DNA from: Octopus sinensis
Lineage: Eukaryota
Direction: 5' to 3'
DNA: 64,000 nt
Assembly (NCBI RefSeq): GCF_006345805.1
Contig: NC_042998.1
Span: forward strand, 138,570,001-138,634,000
This document shows positions 40,141 to 53,022 of this stretch, piece by piece. The position numbers and the translations under genes were made by a program. Within the stretch, counting starts at the first letter, position 1; each line of letters begins with the position of its first letter. Below the pieces are notes generated by a model. That model worked only from the letters and a program-made list of their open reading frames with translations. It did no database searches and was not told the DNA's origin.

Positions 40141-40355
40141 AAATATTCTTTTCTACTCTAGGCACAAGGTCTGAAATTTTGGTGGAGGGGGCCAGTCAAT
40201 TAGATCAACCCCAGTACACAACCGGTACTTAATTTATCAACCCCGAAAGGATGAAAGGCAAAGTCGACTTTGGCGGAATTTGAACTCAGAATGTAAAGAC
40301 AGACAAAATACTGCTAAGCATTTCGCCCAGCATGCTAACATTTCTGCCTTCTTGG
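40141..40355 (-). mobile_element. tRNA-derived SINE, family B (about 210 bp)
   Basis: Consensus-like ...ttctgagttcaaattccgcc...aagtacc...gccttgtgcctagagtagaaaagaat. Copies lie at 6313-6510, 15200-15380, 39880-40070, 42414-42620, 46510-46720, 47450-47670, 56345-56480 and 58765-58980. Confidence 0.8.
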
Positions 40356-41422
40356 CATGGAAATATTACTTATTACTCTGTAAAGTGGTTGCAAAAAAGT
40401 GGAGACAATGCTACGTTAAGAGGAAAGAACCCTCCGTGTTGTCTTGTCAAGGACATAACAAATTCTATAGTGCTGGTGTCCTGATAAAATGTACCCAGTT
40501 CACTCTATAAAGTGGTTGATGACAGGAAGGACATCTAGCTATTGAAACCAGACAGCAGCAACTCTGAATAAAAACTTCTCCAACCTATGTAAGCATAGAA
40601 AGTGGGCCTAAAATTATGATGATATTGCTTGGAGAGTAACTTTTCAGACTTGGTTGATGTTTGGAACAAACTCTCCTTAAATACATTTATTTTAGTTATG
40701 GTAATAATTAATTTTTGTGATAACAGTGTCCTGGAACAAAATAGATTTCTTACCAAAAGGTTGACTACATATAACACACACACTCACAGACATGTGAATG
40801 TTTGTGTATATGAATATAAGGATAAGAAAAATTGAAACAAGGAAGATAGTCTTAAGTAAAAATGTTTAAAAGAATTCCACAGAACAAAAGGGATAGTTTA
40901 TTGGACCAAACCCCCATTGTTTGTAGTGCTAAAGATGTCTAATGAAAAGAAGAAAAACAAAACAGTACATTTAAAAATTCTCACTAAAACTTTTGTTCAA
41001 AGCACATTGTAAAACATGTGATTAAGAAATTGAATATATCACATGGAAATGAGATTGCCAAATTATTCTGTGGGGAAGAAGCCAAGTTATTTTCTCAAAA
41101 GTACAAATGTATATAAAAGCATGTTTATATGTGTGTGTGTGTGTGTGTGTACACATATGTACATATTAATATGCACTGATTTTCAAACACACACACGTGT
41201 GTGTGTGTATATACACAATGTTTACAAACTTGTACACATGCACAGACATTTGTATATATGGTTGTATTTAAAATAATGTGCTTGTTATATAAAATACTCA
41301 CGTGCATTACATGTATAAATATATTTTCCAATTCAGTTGTTATTTATATATATAATTCTTTAAAAAATAAATAACATTTGCAGTGAAGGAGATTCCTCAC
41401 TTTTGCTTTATTTTAATATATA

Positions 41423-42309
41423 CATGGTTTGATCAATAAGTATCCGGACTGTTGCCATTGGTAATGAAGCTAAAGTATCCAGAGTGACGCTGCAAGGTAC
41501 AGATTGACCTTAAACTCTGCTGTGCATGTACACTAAGTTTTGACATTCTAGCTCACTTCTTTTGTTTACAGCAGTGTTTGGAAGGAAGGTGTGTAGCATG
41601 TTATCGTTGCATTGACTCTGACAGAGAAAGTTGAGCAGAAAATCTGCATCAAATTTTGCCAAAAGCTTGGTGATACCTGCTCAGAAGCCTATGCAAAGTT
41701 TTCAAAAAGTTTCCATCGTTCTTGACACAATCAAGGATATCTTGTGCAACTGAAACCTGAGTGTCTTTTTGGTCAGCTGAAAGCAGTTTTAGCACAAACT
41801 TGGCAGACAAACATCTCCTACCCACATCTTCTGTGATAATGGACTAAACTGAACCATAACTAATCTGCACATCCTCTGATAACTTGCAGATGGTGATTTC
41901 CATTCACAGCTGTACACACATCTGTGATGTCTTACTCAGTTCTGCAGGTTGTGGGTCTCCCAGAACTTTCGTCACTATTGACATTTTTCAGCCATCTTGG
42001 AAACGTCTGAACCACTTGTACACTTGTGTACAGCTCATACACTCCTCTCCATACACTTTCTGCAACTTTGCATAGACCTCTGAGCAGGTATCGCCAGGAC
42101 AACTTTCTCTGTCATGGTCAATGCAATGATCACACACTACACACCTTCCTTCCAAGCACTGCTGTAAACAGTGGAAGTGAGCTAGAATGCTAACACTTAG
42201 TACACATGCACAGCAGAGTTTAAAGTAAATCTTTGCCAAGCGGCTTTACTCTAATTGCTTTAGCTTCATTACTATGGCAACAGTCTGGATATTTATTGAT
42301 CAGACCTTG
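41423..42309. mobile_element. Mariner derivative made of two inverted 5' ends, TA TSDs
   Basis: TA|CATGGTTTGATCAATAAGTATCCGGACT...AGTCTGGATATTTATTGATCAGACCTTG|TA. The inverted arms are more than 250 bp long and both run into the transposase start (TEKVEQKICIKFCQKLGDTCSEAYAK on plus; GDTCSEVYAKLQKVYGEECMSCTQVYKWFRRFQDG on minus). Confidence 0.85.
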
Positions 42310-42982
42310 TACTTTTAAAGTACAAAAGTTTTTTGCTGTTTATCTAGTGACTGATCCAAAACATAGATGAGTTACCAATAAACCAATTTTGCAACCATTT
42401 TTATATTTTAAGGCACTGAGCTGGCAGAATCATTACTACAGCAAGCAAAATGTTTTGCAACATTTCTTCTGGCATTTTGTGTTCTGAGTTCAAACCCTGA
42501 TGATGTCAACTTTGCTTTCTATTCCTTAGGGGTTAATGAAATATCATACAAGTGAAGTACTGAGTTCAATGTAACTGACTTGTTCCTTCTCTTCAAAATA
42601 GCTGGTTTTGGACCCTGGAATGGATTAGCATCCCATTCAGGGAGAATGTTGTGATCTCAATCACTTATATGCCATGGAAACTGGGTAACTGGCCTTAGGA
42701 GTCCTAGGGTTCAATAATAATTTTATAAAAATGTATCTTAGGTGTAGCTGTGTGGTATGAAATTTGCTTCCCAACCACATGGTTCTGGGTTCAGTCCCAT
42801 TGCATGACTCCTTGGGCAAGTGTCTTCTATTATAGCTTCAGGCTGACCAGAGCTTTGTGAGTGGATTTGGTAGAGAAACTGAAAGAAACCCATCATGTGT
42901 GTGTGTGTGTGTATGTATATATATGTGTATGTATATATATATATATACATATACATACATATATATATATATGTATATATAC

Positions 42983-43045
<63 letters not shown>

Positions 43046-43050
43046 TATAT

Positions 43051-45450
43051 TTTTTTTTCTCTGGTTTCAGCTCAGAGCTGCGGCCATGCTGATGCACAGC
43101 CTTTTGTGCTACACTGTTATTATGAAGAGCCTCGTCTAATATGTGGCACTGGGTGAAGAATGGAGTTTGATATAGCTACTCTCATTTGCACCTCTTGCCA
43201 TGAGGTAGGTTCATCTGGGACTCTCGACAGGAAGATGTCCAGCTTTGATTTAAAAACCGCTATATCTACTTTGTGCCAGTTCCTCAGACTCTTTGGGAGA
43301 ATATTAAAAAGCTGTGGGCCCTTGAAACCCAGGCTGTTGCAGAAGCTGGTCCTGAAGCATGATGGCATTGCTGGGATCTTTGGCACTATGCAGTGTCGTC
43401 CCATTCTAGCATTGGTGTAGCTTACAATGCCAAAATTTGGCACAATTCCTTCCAGGATCTTCCAGACATATATTACTGCATACCTCTCCCGTCTCCTTTC
43501 CAGGGAGTAGAGTCTTAGCTGTTTCAACCTTTCCCAGTAGCTGAGCTGTTGCAAAGAAACGATCTTCTTTGTGAATCTTCTCTGGATTGCTTCAAGGTCC
43601 GCTGTTAATTTTACACTGGTGGGTGACCATAGCTGTGAGCAGTAATCCAGGTGGCTGAGGACGAATGTCCGCCAGAGGACCATCATGGTTTCCTTATCTC
43701 TGGTTCTGAATGTTCTTAGGATCCACCCAGCCAGTTGTCTGCACTTTGTTGCCATCCTGGTAATGTGCACTTGGAAAGAGGTATCATCACTCATGTCGAT
43801 ACCCAGGTCCCTCACAGACTTAGGCTCTGGGATTGAAATTCCCTATGGACCGGTGTATCCTGTAAGTTTAATATTCAGTTTTGGATGCTGGTAGCGCAGG
43901 GCCTGGAATTTTTCAGCATTAAACTGCATATTATTATCCTCAGCCCATCTGTAGATTGAGCCCAACTCCTGCTGCAGGCGTGCAACATCGCTGGGGTTCT
44001 GTATTTTCTGCAAGACTTTCGTATCGTTTGCATAGCTGGCCAGAGTGGCTATCCAGGCATTTGAGGGCATATCTGAGAGGGCCACTATTAAAAGCAGTGG
44101 TCCCAAGACAGTGCCCTGTGGAACACCACTCACTATTTGTGTATTCATAGAGGTGGCTCCATTAACCACTACTGCCTGACTCCTATCTTTCAGGAAGTCA
44201 TGTAACCACACTCCAAGTTTTCCAGCTATGCCGAGGTCACGCAGTTTGTGGCATATCATACCATGATCCACCTTGTCAAAAGCTTTTGCAAAATCAAGGT
44301 AGATTACGTCCACATTTGATTTGTTGAGTAACTGCCTCAACACCCAGTCATAATGTTGTAAGAGCTGGGTCAGGCAGCTCCTACCTGGTCGAAAACCATG
44401 CTGGGTATCACTCAGCAAGTTATTTTCCTCAAGGAATGCGATTAGTTTCTTTCTGACTATCCGTTCCATGACTTTGCTGATGTGTGAAGTCAGAGAGATA
44501 GGCCTATAGTTTTTGGCATCTGCTCTACTTCCCCCTTTATGTATTGGGCATATTATTCCCTCCTTCAACTTGCTTGGCAGTTTGCCATTCGCAAGAAAGC
44601 TTACACACTTTGAGGAGGATGGCTGGGAAACCATCTGGACCAGCAGCTGAGTTTGTGTCCACTTCATCTATGGCTAGTAGGACATCTTTTAAGCTAATGT
44701 CAATACATTCTATTATAACCGCCTCACTGGTTATAGGTGAGGCAGCAAAGAAGTCCACTGGTTCGTTCACTTGTCTGTGTTCCAACGGGATGGTAAAGAC
44801 ACTTTTGAACTGGTCATTCAGCATCTCACTGATCTTAGTTGAACTGTCTGTGAGGGAGCCATCCTTTTGGAGGAGGGGTCCTATCTTGTATTGCATTGAG
44901 ACTGATTCTTTCGCGTAATGAAAGAAGGCCTTTGGGTTTGATTTAATAATTTTTATAACCCAGGCTTCTTTGTCTGCTTTCTCCTTCACATAGGATTGTT
45001 GCAGCCTTTTTTTGATCTCCATCAGTGTTGTTTTTAGGCAGGACGTTTCACTACTTTTGGGATGTTGGTTGAGACAATTTGCAACCTTCGTCTGTCATCT
45101 CATGAGGATCTTCCTGTCTCTTGGAATCTTGCTCCTACTTGTTTTGGCCTTGTGCTCTGGGACATATTTCTGGCATACGGCTTGCACAGAAGACATGAAA
45201 CATTCTAGTTTCATGTCAATGTCCGGTGTGGAGAGACATTCCGGCCAGTCCTCTCTGAGGATCTCTTTTTGGATTGATTTCCAATCTGCTTTGTGGAAGT
45301 TCAGATTGGAGAGATTTCGGGTGCTTCCTTTAGGCTGTATGTCTCTGGTTACTTTTGGCCCAAACATAGACAGCTCTATTATGTTGTGATCCGAAACTGA
45401 TGTCGGTGTCACTTTCACATCATGAATGATGTCCATATTGTTCGTGAAGC
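43051..45450 (-). mobile_element. 5'-truncated CR1-like LINE (end of APE domain plus RT plus 3' tail), inactive
   Basis: DLCFT...SDH endonuclease end. RT motifs NYRPISLTSHISKVMERIV, QHGFRPGRSCLTQLL, YLDFAKAFDKVDH, SGVPQGTVLGPLL and YANDTK (catalytic YADD mutated). Frameshifts and an internal deletion near 44590. Short A-rich 3' tail at 43051-43060. Confidence 0.92.
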
Positions 45451-45462
45451 AGAGATCCATAT

Positions 45463-45551
<89 letters not shown>

Positions 45552-48500
45552 TATACATATATATATATATATACATACATACAATATGTGTATATGATTT
45601 TGTGTCCATGTTTGTTCCACCACCACTTGACACCAAGTGTTGGTGTGTTTATATTCCTGTAACTTAGCAGTTTGGCAAAAGAGACTGATACAATAAGTAC
45701 CAAGCTTTAAAAAATAAAGAAGCACTGGGGTCTATTCACTTGACTAGAATGCTTCATGGTGGTTTCCCCAAATGGTCACTGCCTAATAACTGAAACAAGC
45801 AAAAGATAAGTGATAAAAGATAAAGACGGATTACATATCATGCATTCTCATAGGAAAGTCACTGGTTTAAAGCCACCAGAACAAATCACGAAAAGTTACT
45901 CTTTAACTCATTCTTGTCTTTTGTTATTGGACTGTAGTCATACTGGAGCACTGCCTTAGTCGAACAAACTGATATCAGTATTTATTTCAAGCCTGGCACT
46001 TACTCTATCATTCTCTTTCACCAAACTGCTCGATTACAGGGATATAAACAAACCCACTCCAGCTATCAAGTAGTGGGGGACAAACATAAACACAAGATAT
46101 GTATGTGCACACAAACACACACACAATAGGCCTCTTTGAATTTCTGGTTACTTAATTCATTCACAGAGCTTTAGTTCATTTGGAGCTATAGTAGAAGACA
46201 CTGAGAATTGTCCAAAGTGCAACACAGTGGGACTGAACTCAAAACTATGTGATTTGGACGGAAACTACTTAACCAGGCAAAAATTCATGCATCCCTTTTT
46301 TGTTGGGGTGGGGATTTGAAATGGATAATGAAATTGCTCTACATTGCCTTAACACTTCAAGCAAGTTCTCTCTATTTTCTGATATTGGTTTCTTTGGTCT
46401 AGACATAAGATCAATTCTCATAAAGAATAGTATTCAATATATTACTATGATAGTATTTGATTTTATCATGGGAGACTTGAATTCAGAAAGGAGAGATATA
46501 TTTAAATATCGGTTTTAAATTTTGGCACAAAGCCAGCAATTTCAGGGGTGGGGCTCAGTCAATTACATCAGCCCCAGTGCTCAACTAGTACTTATTTTAT
46601 TGACCCTGAAAGGATGAAGAGCAAAAGTTGACCCTCGCAGTATTTGAACCCAAAACATGGAGGCAGATGAAATGTCACTAAGCATTTTGTCCTGTGTGCT
46701 AATGATTGTCAGCTTGCTGCCTTCAATATATATCTAAATATTGCTAGTTATTTTATTTTCATCTTTTAATTAAGAGTGGGTAATACCTAAGACTCTTTAC
46801 AAGGCCTCTGGGACTGTTAGAAGGAAGGGAGGAAGGTATTCTTAAACTACAGACCTGGCCTTAAAGCGTGCACTCTCTTAGTGGTACTTAATGTTCCAGG
46901 TAAGGCAAGGTGTTAAACCAGATGATAGAGTAATTCTACCACCCAGTAGGCTATGGCAGGATTTGAACTTAGAATGCAAAAAGCCAAAAGAAATACTGTT
47001 AGGTATTCAGTTCAATATTCTTGTAGATTATTACAGATTTTAGTTAACTGCCAATGCAGTAAACTAAAATTTGTAATAATCACATCTAATATTGGTTTTA
47101 AATTTTTGGCACAAGGCCAGCAATTTAAAGGGGGTAGTTAAGTTAGTTATATTGAACCCCAGTATTTTGCAGTGTCCCAATAATGATTCTACAGTTCACA
47201 ACCTTAATCATGCCTAATATTAATTTTTAATCAGTTATTGAGATACCCTAATTTATAGATAAAAACATAATATTGAGATTAATAAACTGGATTAAGATAT
47301 CACTAATCTTCATTTCCATACATCAATAAAAAATCTCACATCAGCCGTCAGAGTGTTTATCTAAATCAGCACTTTATTCTCTTATTATCAGTTATTTCAT
47401 GATATTAAATTGCATAGAAATGGTCATGTGATAATGTAAAGTTGGTTTCAAATTTTGACACATGGAGTGGGTAAGTCAATTACATCGACCCTAGCCAGGG
47501 AAGGGGTAAATTGATTACATTGACCCTAGTGTTCAACCGGTACTTGATTTTATTGACCTTGAAAGGATGAAAGGCAAAGACAACTTTGGTGGAATTTGAA
47601 CTCAGAACACAAAATGCATACCGCTATTTTTTTTGCCCGGCATGTTAATGGTTCTGCCAGCTCGCTGCCTTATGTGTTTATGCGATTAGGTAATTAATGT
47701 CAAATGAAAGTACTCATGATTGTTGCATAGTTGTGTCAATATAGTGATGACTTATGGCAGTAATAGTGACATTGATATTGTCAACTGTGATGATGACATT
47801 GGTTGGTGCTGAGGACAATGATGATGCTAACAGTGATAGGGATTCACAAGATCAAATTGACAAATAAAATTGGGATTGCAACAATTAACCCTCCCACCCC
47901 CCAAATAATAAAAAAAGAAAAGTCTATATTCCCTCAAGGTTCAGGGTTGGAATAAAGCTGGAAGAAGTACCACAGAATGATCATACAAAGGAAATAGGAA
48001 TAAGTGAAGTAACAAAAGAAAGCTAGCATACAAATTAAATATATACAAACTAAAACATAGACACATGTGATTAAGAAGTACACTTTGCAATCTCATTGTT
48101 TTGGGTTCAGTCCCACTGCTTGGCACCTGGGGCAAGTGCCTTCTACTATATCCCTGGGTTGATCAATAGCCTTGTCAGTGAATTTGATAGATAGAAACAG
48201 TGTGGAAGCCCATTGTATGTCATACATGCACATGTGTGTGTATATACATACACATGTATATATGTTTGTGTGTATATGTCTCAGTGTTTGTCCTCCCCCA
48301 CCCCACCCCACTGCTTGTAAACTCATGTTGGTTTGTTTATGTCCTCACAACTTAGTGATCCGGCAGAAGAGAGACTGATAAAATAAGCACCAAACTTCAA
48401 GAAATAAGTACTGGGGTCAACAAAACCTTTCAAGAAAGTGCCCCAGCATGGCTGCAGTCCAAAGACTGAAACAAGTAAAAGTTATACCATCAAGAACCAA

Positions 48501-49416
48501 GAAACGTTGCTATGCAGAATATGTGGTACAAACAGTAGAAGAATAAGGCATTTGTAATAAGTAATTTCAGAAGAAATATGATGTTGATAAATATGATCAT
48601 TCTTATGACTGAGGAACAAAAGTCTTAGACACAACCAATCCTCATTGGAAATTTGAGCTGGACACTCTGCTAATGTTATGCCATCTGGTCTTTGATGTCA
48701 CCACTTCACTTCTTCATCTTTGTGACCCATGAACTAGGCTTCCCTGGTGAAAATAATCTCTAGAGACCCAGAAAGAAAAAAGATATTTATTAAAAGGATA
48801 CATGAATCCAATAGAGTCAGTGACAATCTATTAAGGACTTAGAAATACAAGATTAGTGTCCAGTGTGCTGTAAGACCATTGAGGGTGAGCCCTACCTCCT
48901 TAGCTTTTATTAAATCATGTCTCTACATTGGTAGTATAACAGAGTAGTCTGGGCTCAGCTGTGTGAGAAGGCAACCAGTAAGGAGGATAATTCTAAGCAT
49001 AAACCCTCATTACCTGTGAGTGCTTGCATCCACAGTAAATTATACGGAGATTATAGATTAGAAAGGCCAGAGAAACAGTATGAACATCTTCTTTCTGCTA
49101 TAATTAAGTCTAAGGATATCAAAATCTTGGGATTTTGAAATCCTGTATGATCGTGTGTGAAAGAATAGAAGACTTAATATTTAGTAAATATTTTTAAAAA
49201 ATGCCCAGTAAATGTAAAATAATTGATATTGTAATTCATGTGAGCAAAGAACAGAACAGTTAAGGCCATTTTGGTAAATAAAAAAAAAATTGGAAATAAT
49301 TTAAAATAAAAAAGTGTGTGAATTAAAGGGTATTTAACTTTGGCCTCATGATGACCAAAGCCTTGTGAGTGGATTTGGGAGATGGAAACTGAAAATGTGT
49401 ATATATATATATATAT

Positions 49417-51311
49417 CATCATCATCATCGTTTAGCGTCCGTTTTCCATGCTAGCATAGGTTGGACGGTTCAACTGGGGTATGTGAAGCCAGAAGGCTTC
49501 ATCAGGCCCAGTCAGATCTGGCAGTGTTTCTACGGCTGGATGCCCTTCCTAACGTCAACCACTCCGTGAGTGTGGTGGGTGCTTTTTACGTGCCACCCGC
49601 ACAGGTGCCAGACAGAGCTGGCAAACAGCCACGAACGGATGGTGCTTTTTACATGCCACCGGCATGAGGCCAGTCGGGGCGGCGCTGGCAACGGTCGCAA
49701 ACGGATGGTTCTCTTACATGCCACCGGCACTGGTAACACATCTGCAATTTCCATTGATCGATTTCGATTCTGATCCTCACTTGCCTCAACAGGTCTTCAC
49801 AAGTAGAGTTTTGTGTCCCAAGAAGGGAAGGTATGCATACGTAGGCTGGCTCCATCCCATGTAGAAGGCCATGGGTTATGGACTCACTTGTCCTGCCGGG
49901 TCTTCTTGCGCACAGCACACTTCCAGAGGTCTCGGTCTCTAGTCATTTCCTCAGTGAGACCTAAAGTTCGAAGGTCGTGCTTCACCACCTCGTCCCAGGT
50001 TTTCCTGGGTCTGCCTCTTCCGCAGGTTCCCTCAACCACTAGGGTGTGGCACTTTTTCACACAACTATCTTCATCCATTCTCGCCACATGACCATACCAG
50101 CGCAAACGTCTCTCTTGCACACCACAACTGATGCTTCTTAGGTCCAGCTTTTCTCTCAAGGTACTTACACTCTGCCAAGTATGAGTACTGACATTACACA
50201 TCCATCGGAGCATACTGGCTTCATTTCTTGCGAGCTTACGCATATCCTCAGCAGTCACAGCCCATGTTTCACTGCCAAGTAGCATGGCTGTTCGTACACA
50301 CGCATCATACAGTCTGCCTTTTACTCTGTGCGAGAGGCCTTTTGTCACCAGCAGAGGTAAGAGCTCTCTGAACTTTGCCCAAGCTATTCTTACTCTAGCA
50401 GTTACACTTTCAGCACACCCGGCCCCGCTGCTGATTTGGTCACCTAGGTAACGGAAACTATCAACTATTTCTAGTTTTTCTCCCTGGAAAGTGACGGAAG
50501 TTGGTCTCAGAGCATTTTCAGTGTTTATTGTTCCTGAGCATCTGCTACATACAAAAATCATCTTCCTAGTTAGCCTTCCTTTGACATTGTTGCACCTCTT
50601 ATGTGTCCATAGCTTACACTTGGTGCATCTTATAGAGTTTCTACCTACACCTTTTCTACAGATCGAGCAGGGCCATCTACCTGAAGGCGTTTATGATTTG
50701 TCTACCTTCCTACTGATTACGACTTTGGTTTTAGCTAGATTGACTCCAAGGCCCTTCGATTCTAATCCTTGTTTCCACACCTGAAACTTCTCCTCCAGTT
50801 CTGATAGCGACTCAGCAATTAGAGCAAGGTCATCAGCATAGAGGAGCTCCCAAGGGCATCCTGTCTTGAATTCCTCCGTTATTGCCTGGAGGAGTGATAA
50901 ATAGGAGGGGGCTGAGGACTGAGCCTTGGTGGACCCCTACCTCTACCCGGAATTCTTCACTGTACTCGTTGCCAACCCTTACCTTACTAGCAGCGTCCCT
51001 ATACATGGCCCACACAGCTCTCACTAACCATTCATCTATCCCTAGTTTCCTCATTGACCACCAGATAAGAGGGATCGGGGTACCCTGTCGAAGGCTTTCT
51101 CCATGTCAACAAAAGCCAGGTACAGGGGCTTATCTTTGGCTAGGTATTTCTCCTGCAGCTGCCTTACCAGGAATATAGCATCAGTTTTACTTTTCCCTGG
51201 CACAAACCCAAACTGCATCTCATCTAAACTAACTCTCTCTCTAATTAGTTGGGCTATGACCCTCTCCGTAACCTTCATCACCTGATCCAACAGCTTGATA
51301 CCTCTGTAGTT
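49417..51311 (-). mobile_element. 5'-truncated RTE-clade LINE with (GAT)n tail
   Basis: NYRGIKLL, QFGFVPGKS, AFVDMEKAFDRVPR, GVHQGSVLSPLLF, ELLYADDL, ERRLRWYGHV and GRGRPRKTW motifs. Two frameshifts and a stop near 50688. The 3' UTR ends in a CAT repeat on the plus strand at 49417. Confidence 0.92.
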
Positions 51312-52149
51312 ATATATACTGTATGTATGTATGTGTTTGTCTCCCACTACCGCGTGACAATCGGTGTTGGTGTGCTTGTGTTCCCGTAATATAGCAGTTC
51401 GGCATACAAGACCGATAAAATAAGTGCCAGGAATAAAAAAAAACAAAGCAAAAAACAAACACTGAGGCTCGATTCGTTCGACTAAAAATTCAAGGTGGTA
51501 CATATTGTTTATAATGCATCCTAGATGTGAATGAGATTATAGAAAAAGATTTATGTCTTGATTGGATCGTGAAGCTTGATGTAAATTCATTTATTAAAAA
51601 TCTTTCTAAACTACTGTATGCATAAACAAATTTAAAATATCATTTATTTATTAAAAAATTTTTTTTGATAAGTTGAGATGGGTTATTCACTTATTTGTTT
51701 CATTTATTTATTTGTTTGTCTGAAAGGATTATATCCATGGCTTTCGCAACCTCCTGAGGCTAGTGAGATTTCCCTGTTCTGATAAAAAAATTACGTTACG
51801 AAACCCCAAAAGTGGGTAGACGGAAGAGAACTTCTGAGACCGATTAGAAATAACAGCCAAACTACCATAAAATCACACTTCAAAAGAACACATTGTATCA
51901 TGTAATCCTAGGTACACTTTCTAAAATGGACATGAAGGCTGGGAGGTCTTTTGATCATAGACCATGGGGGCTAAAGCAACTGCTAAAATCAAGCGTTCAG
52001 TCTAAGAGACGATTATTATTGCCACCGATCCTTTTAGGGTTGATAAAAGAAACACCAGTTGAGTACTGGAGTCGATGTAATCGACTTTTCCTTCCCCTAA
52101 AAATTGCTAGCGTTATTCTAAAATTAGATTTATATTTTTTTTAGCCAGA

Positions 52150-52473
52150 GGAAGAAGGTAAGTGTTCATAAATTTCTTCCGAGACCCAAAGACAAGTATT
52201 AGAGGGACTGGTGTTTCCACCCGGAATTTTAGGGTTGAAAAATTTTACAGTCGGTAAATTTTTTTTCACTTAATAAAATACAATAAAATAAGTGGTGGGA
52301 GAATCGACACATTCTGATTGGCTAACACATTCTGATAGCAAGCACTACTGCTGCTGCTACTTTTGTCTTCTATATATTAGAGGTATTCGCCTCATATGTA
52401 TGCAGCCTTTGAGCAAATAGTAATTCTGACAAAAAATTAATTTTGAAAATTTACTATATTTTGCTCTTTAAGA
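52150..52473 (+). promoter_or_regulatory. Probable promoter / 5' UTR of the Bcl-2 family gene
   Basis: Inverted CCAAT (ATTGG 52317-52321), CCGGAA at about 52221, TA-rich box 52371-52378, and a consensus donor AAG|GTAAGT at 52158 that may mark an untranslated exon. Confidence 0.4.
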
Positions 52474-53022
52474 ATGACCACTGATTATGAACGTAGTAGA
52501 GTAGGTTCTCCATTCGCTGTCATCAATCGACGTTTTCAACAGCTTCCCGGTTTTCAAGGACTTAACAATATTGGTCAAACCGGCGATGCCGAATCAGCCC
52601 GTTTAGAAGGTAATACAACGCAATTAGAAAGAGTTTGCAGGGATGCTGAAAATATTGCCGATGATGTCATACAGTTTTTCATTAATCCTGGAAAGAAACC
52701 ACTTAACCGTCATTGCAAAACGATGCGAAGGACGGTACAAGAACTTTCGAAACGACACGACATTTTATTTAAAACTATGATAAATAGACTCCAAGTGGAC
52801 GACATGAATCTTTTTATTTCCTTCACATATGTAACAGATGAAATATTCGAAGACGGACAAATTAATTGGGGTCGTGTTGTAGCTGTTTATGCGTTCGCCG
52901 CAAGACTGGCTTTACATTTTCATGACATTGAAAAACCGGAAAAGTGTAATCAAATTGCATTATATACAGGCCGATACGTTGGTAAAAAACTAGGAAAGTG
53001 GATTATAGAGTCTGGCGGATGG
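52474..53022 (+). CDS. Bcl-2 family protein (Mcl-1-like), coding exon 1 (183 codons)
   Basis: BH1 motif EIFEDGQINWGRVVAVYAFAARLA. BH2 WIIESGGW ends at a phase-0 donor TGG|GTAAAT, the conserved Bcl-2 family intron position. KRHDILFKTMINRL resembles Mcl-1 RNHETAFQGMLRKL. Confidence 0.93.
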
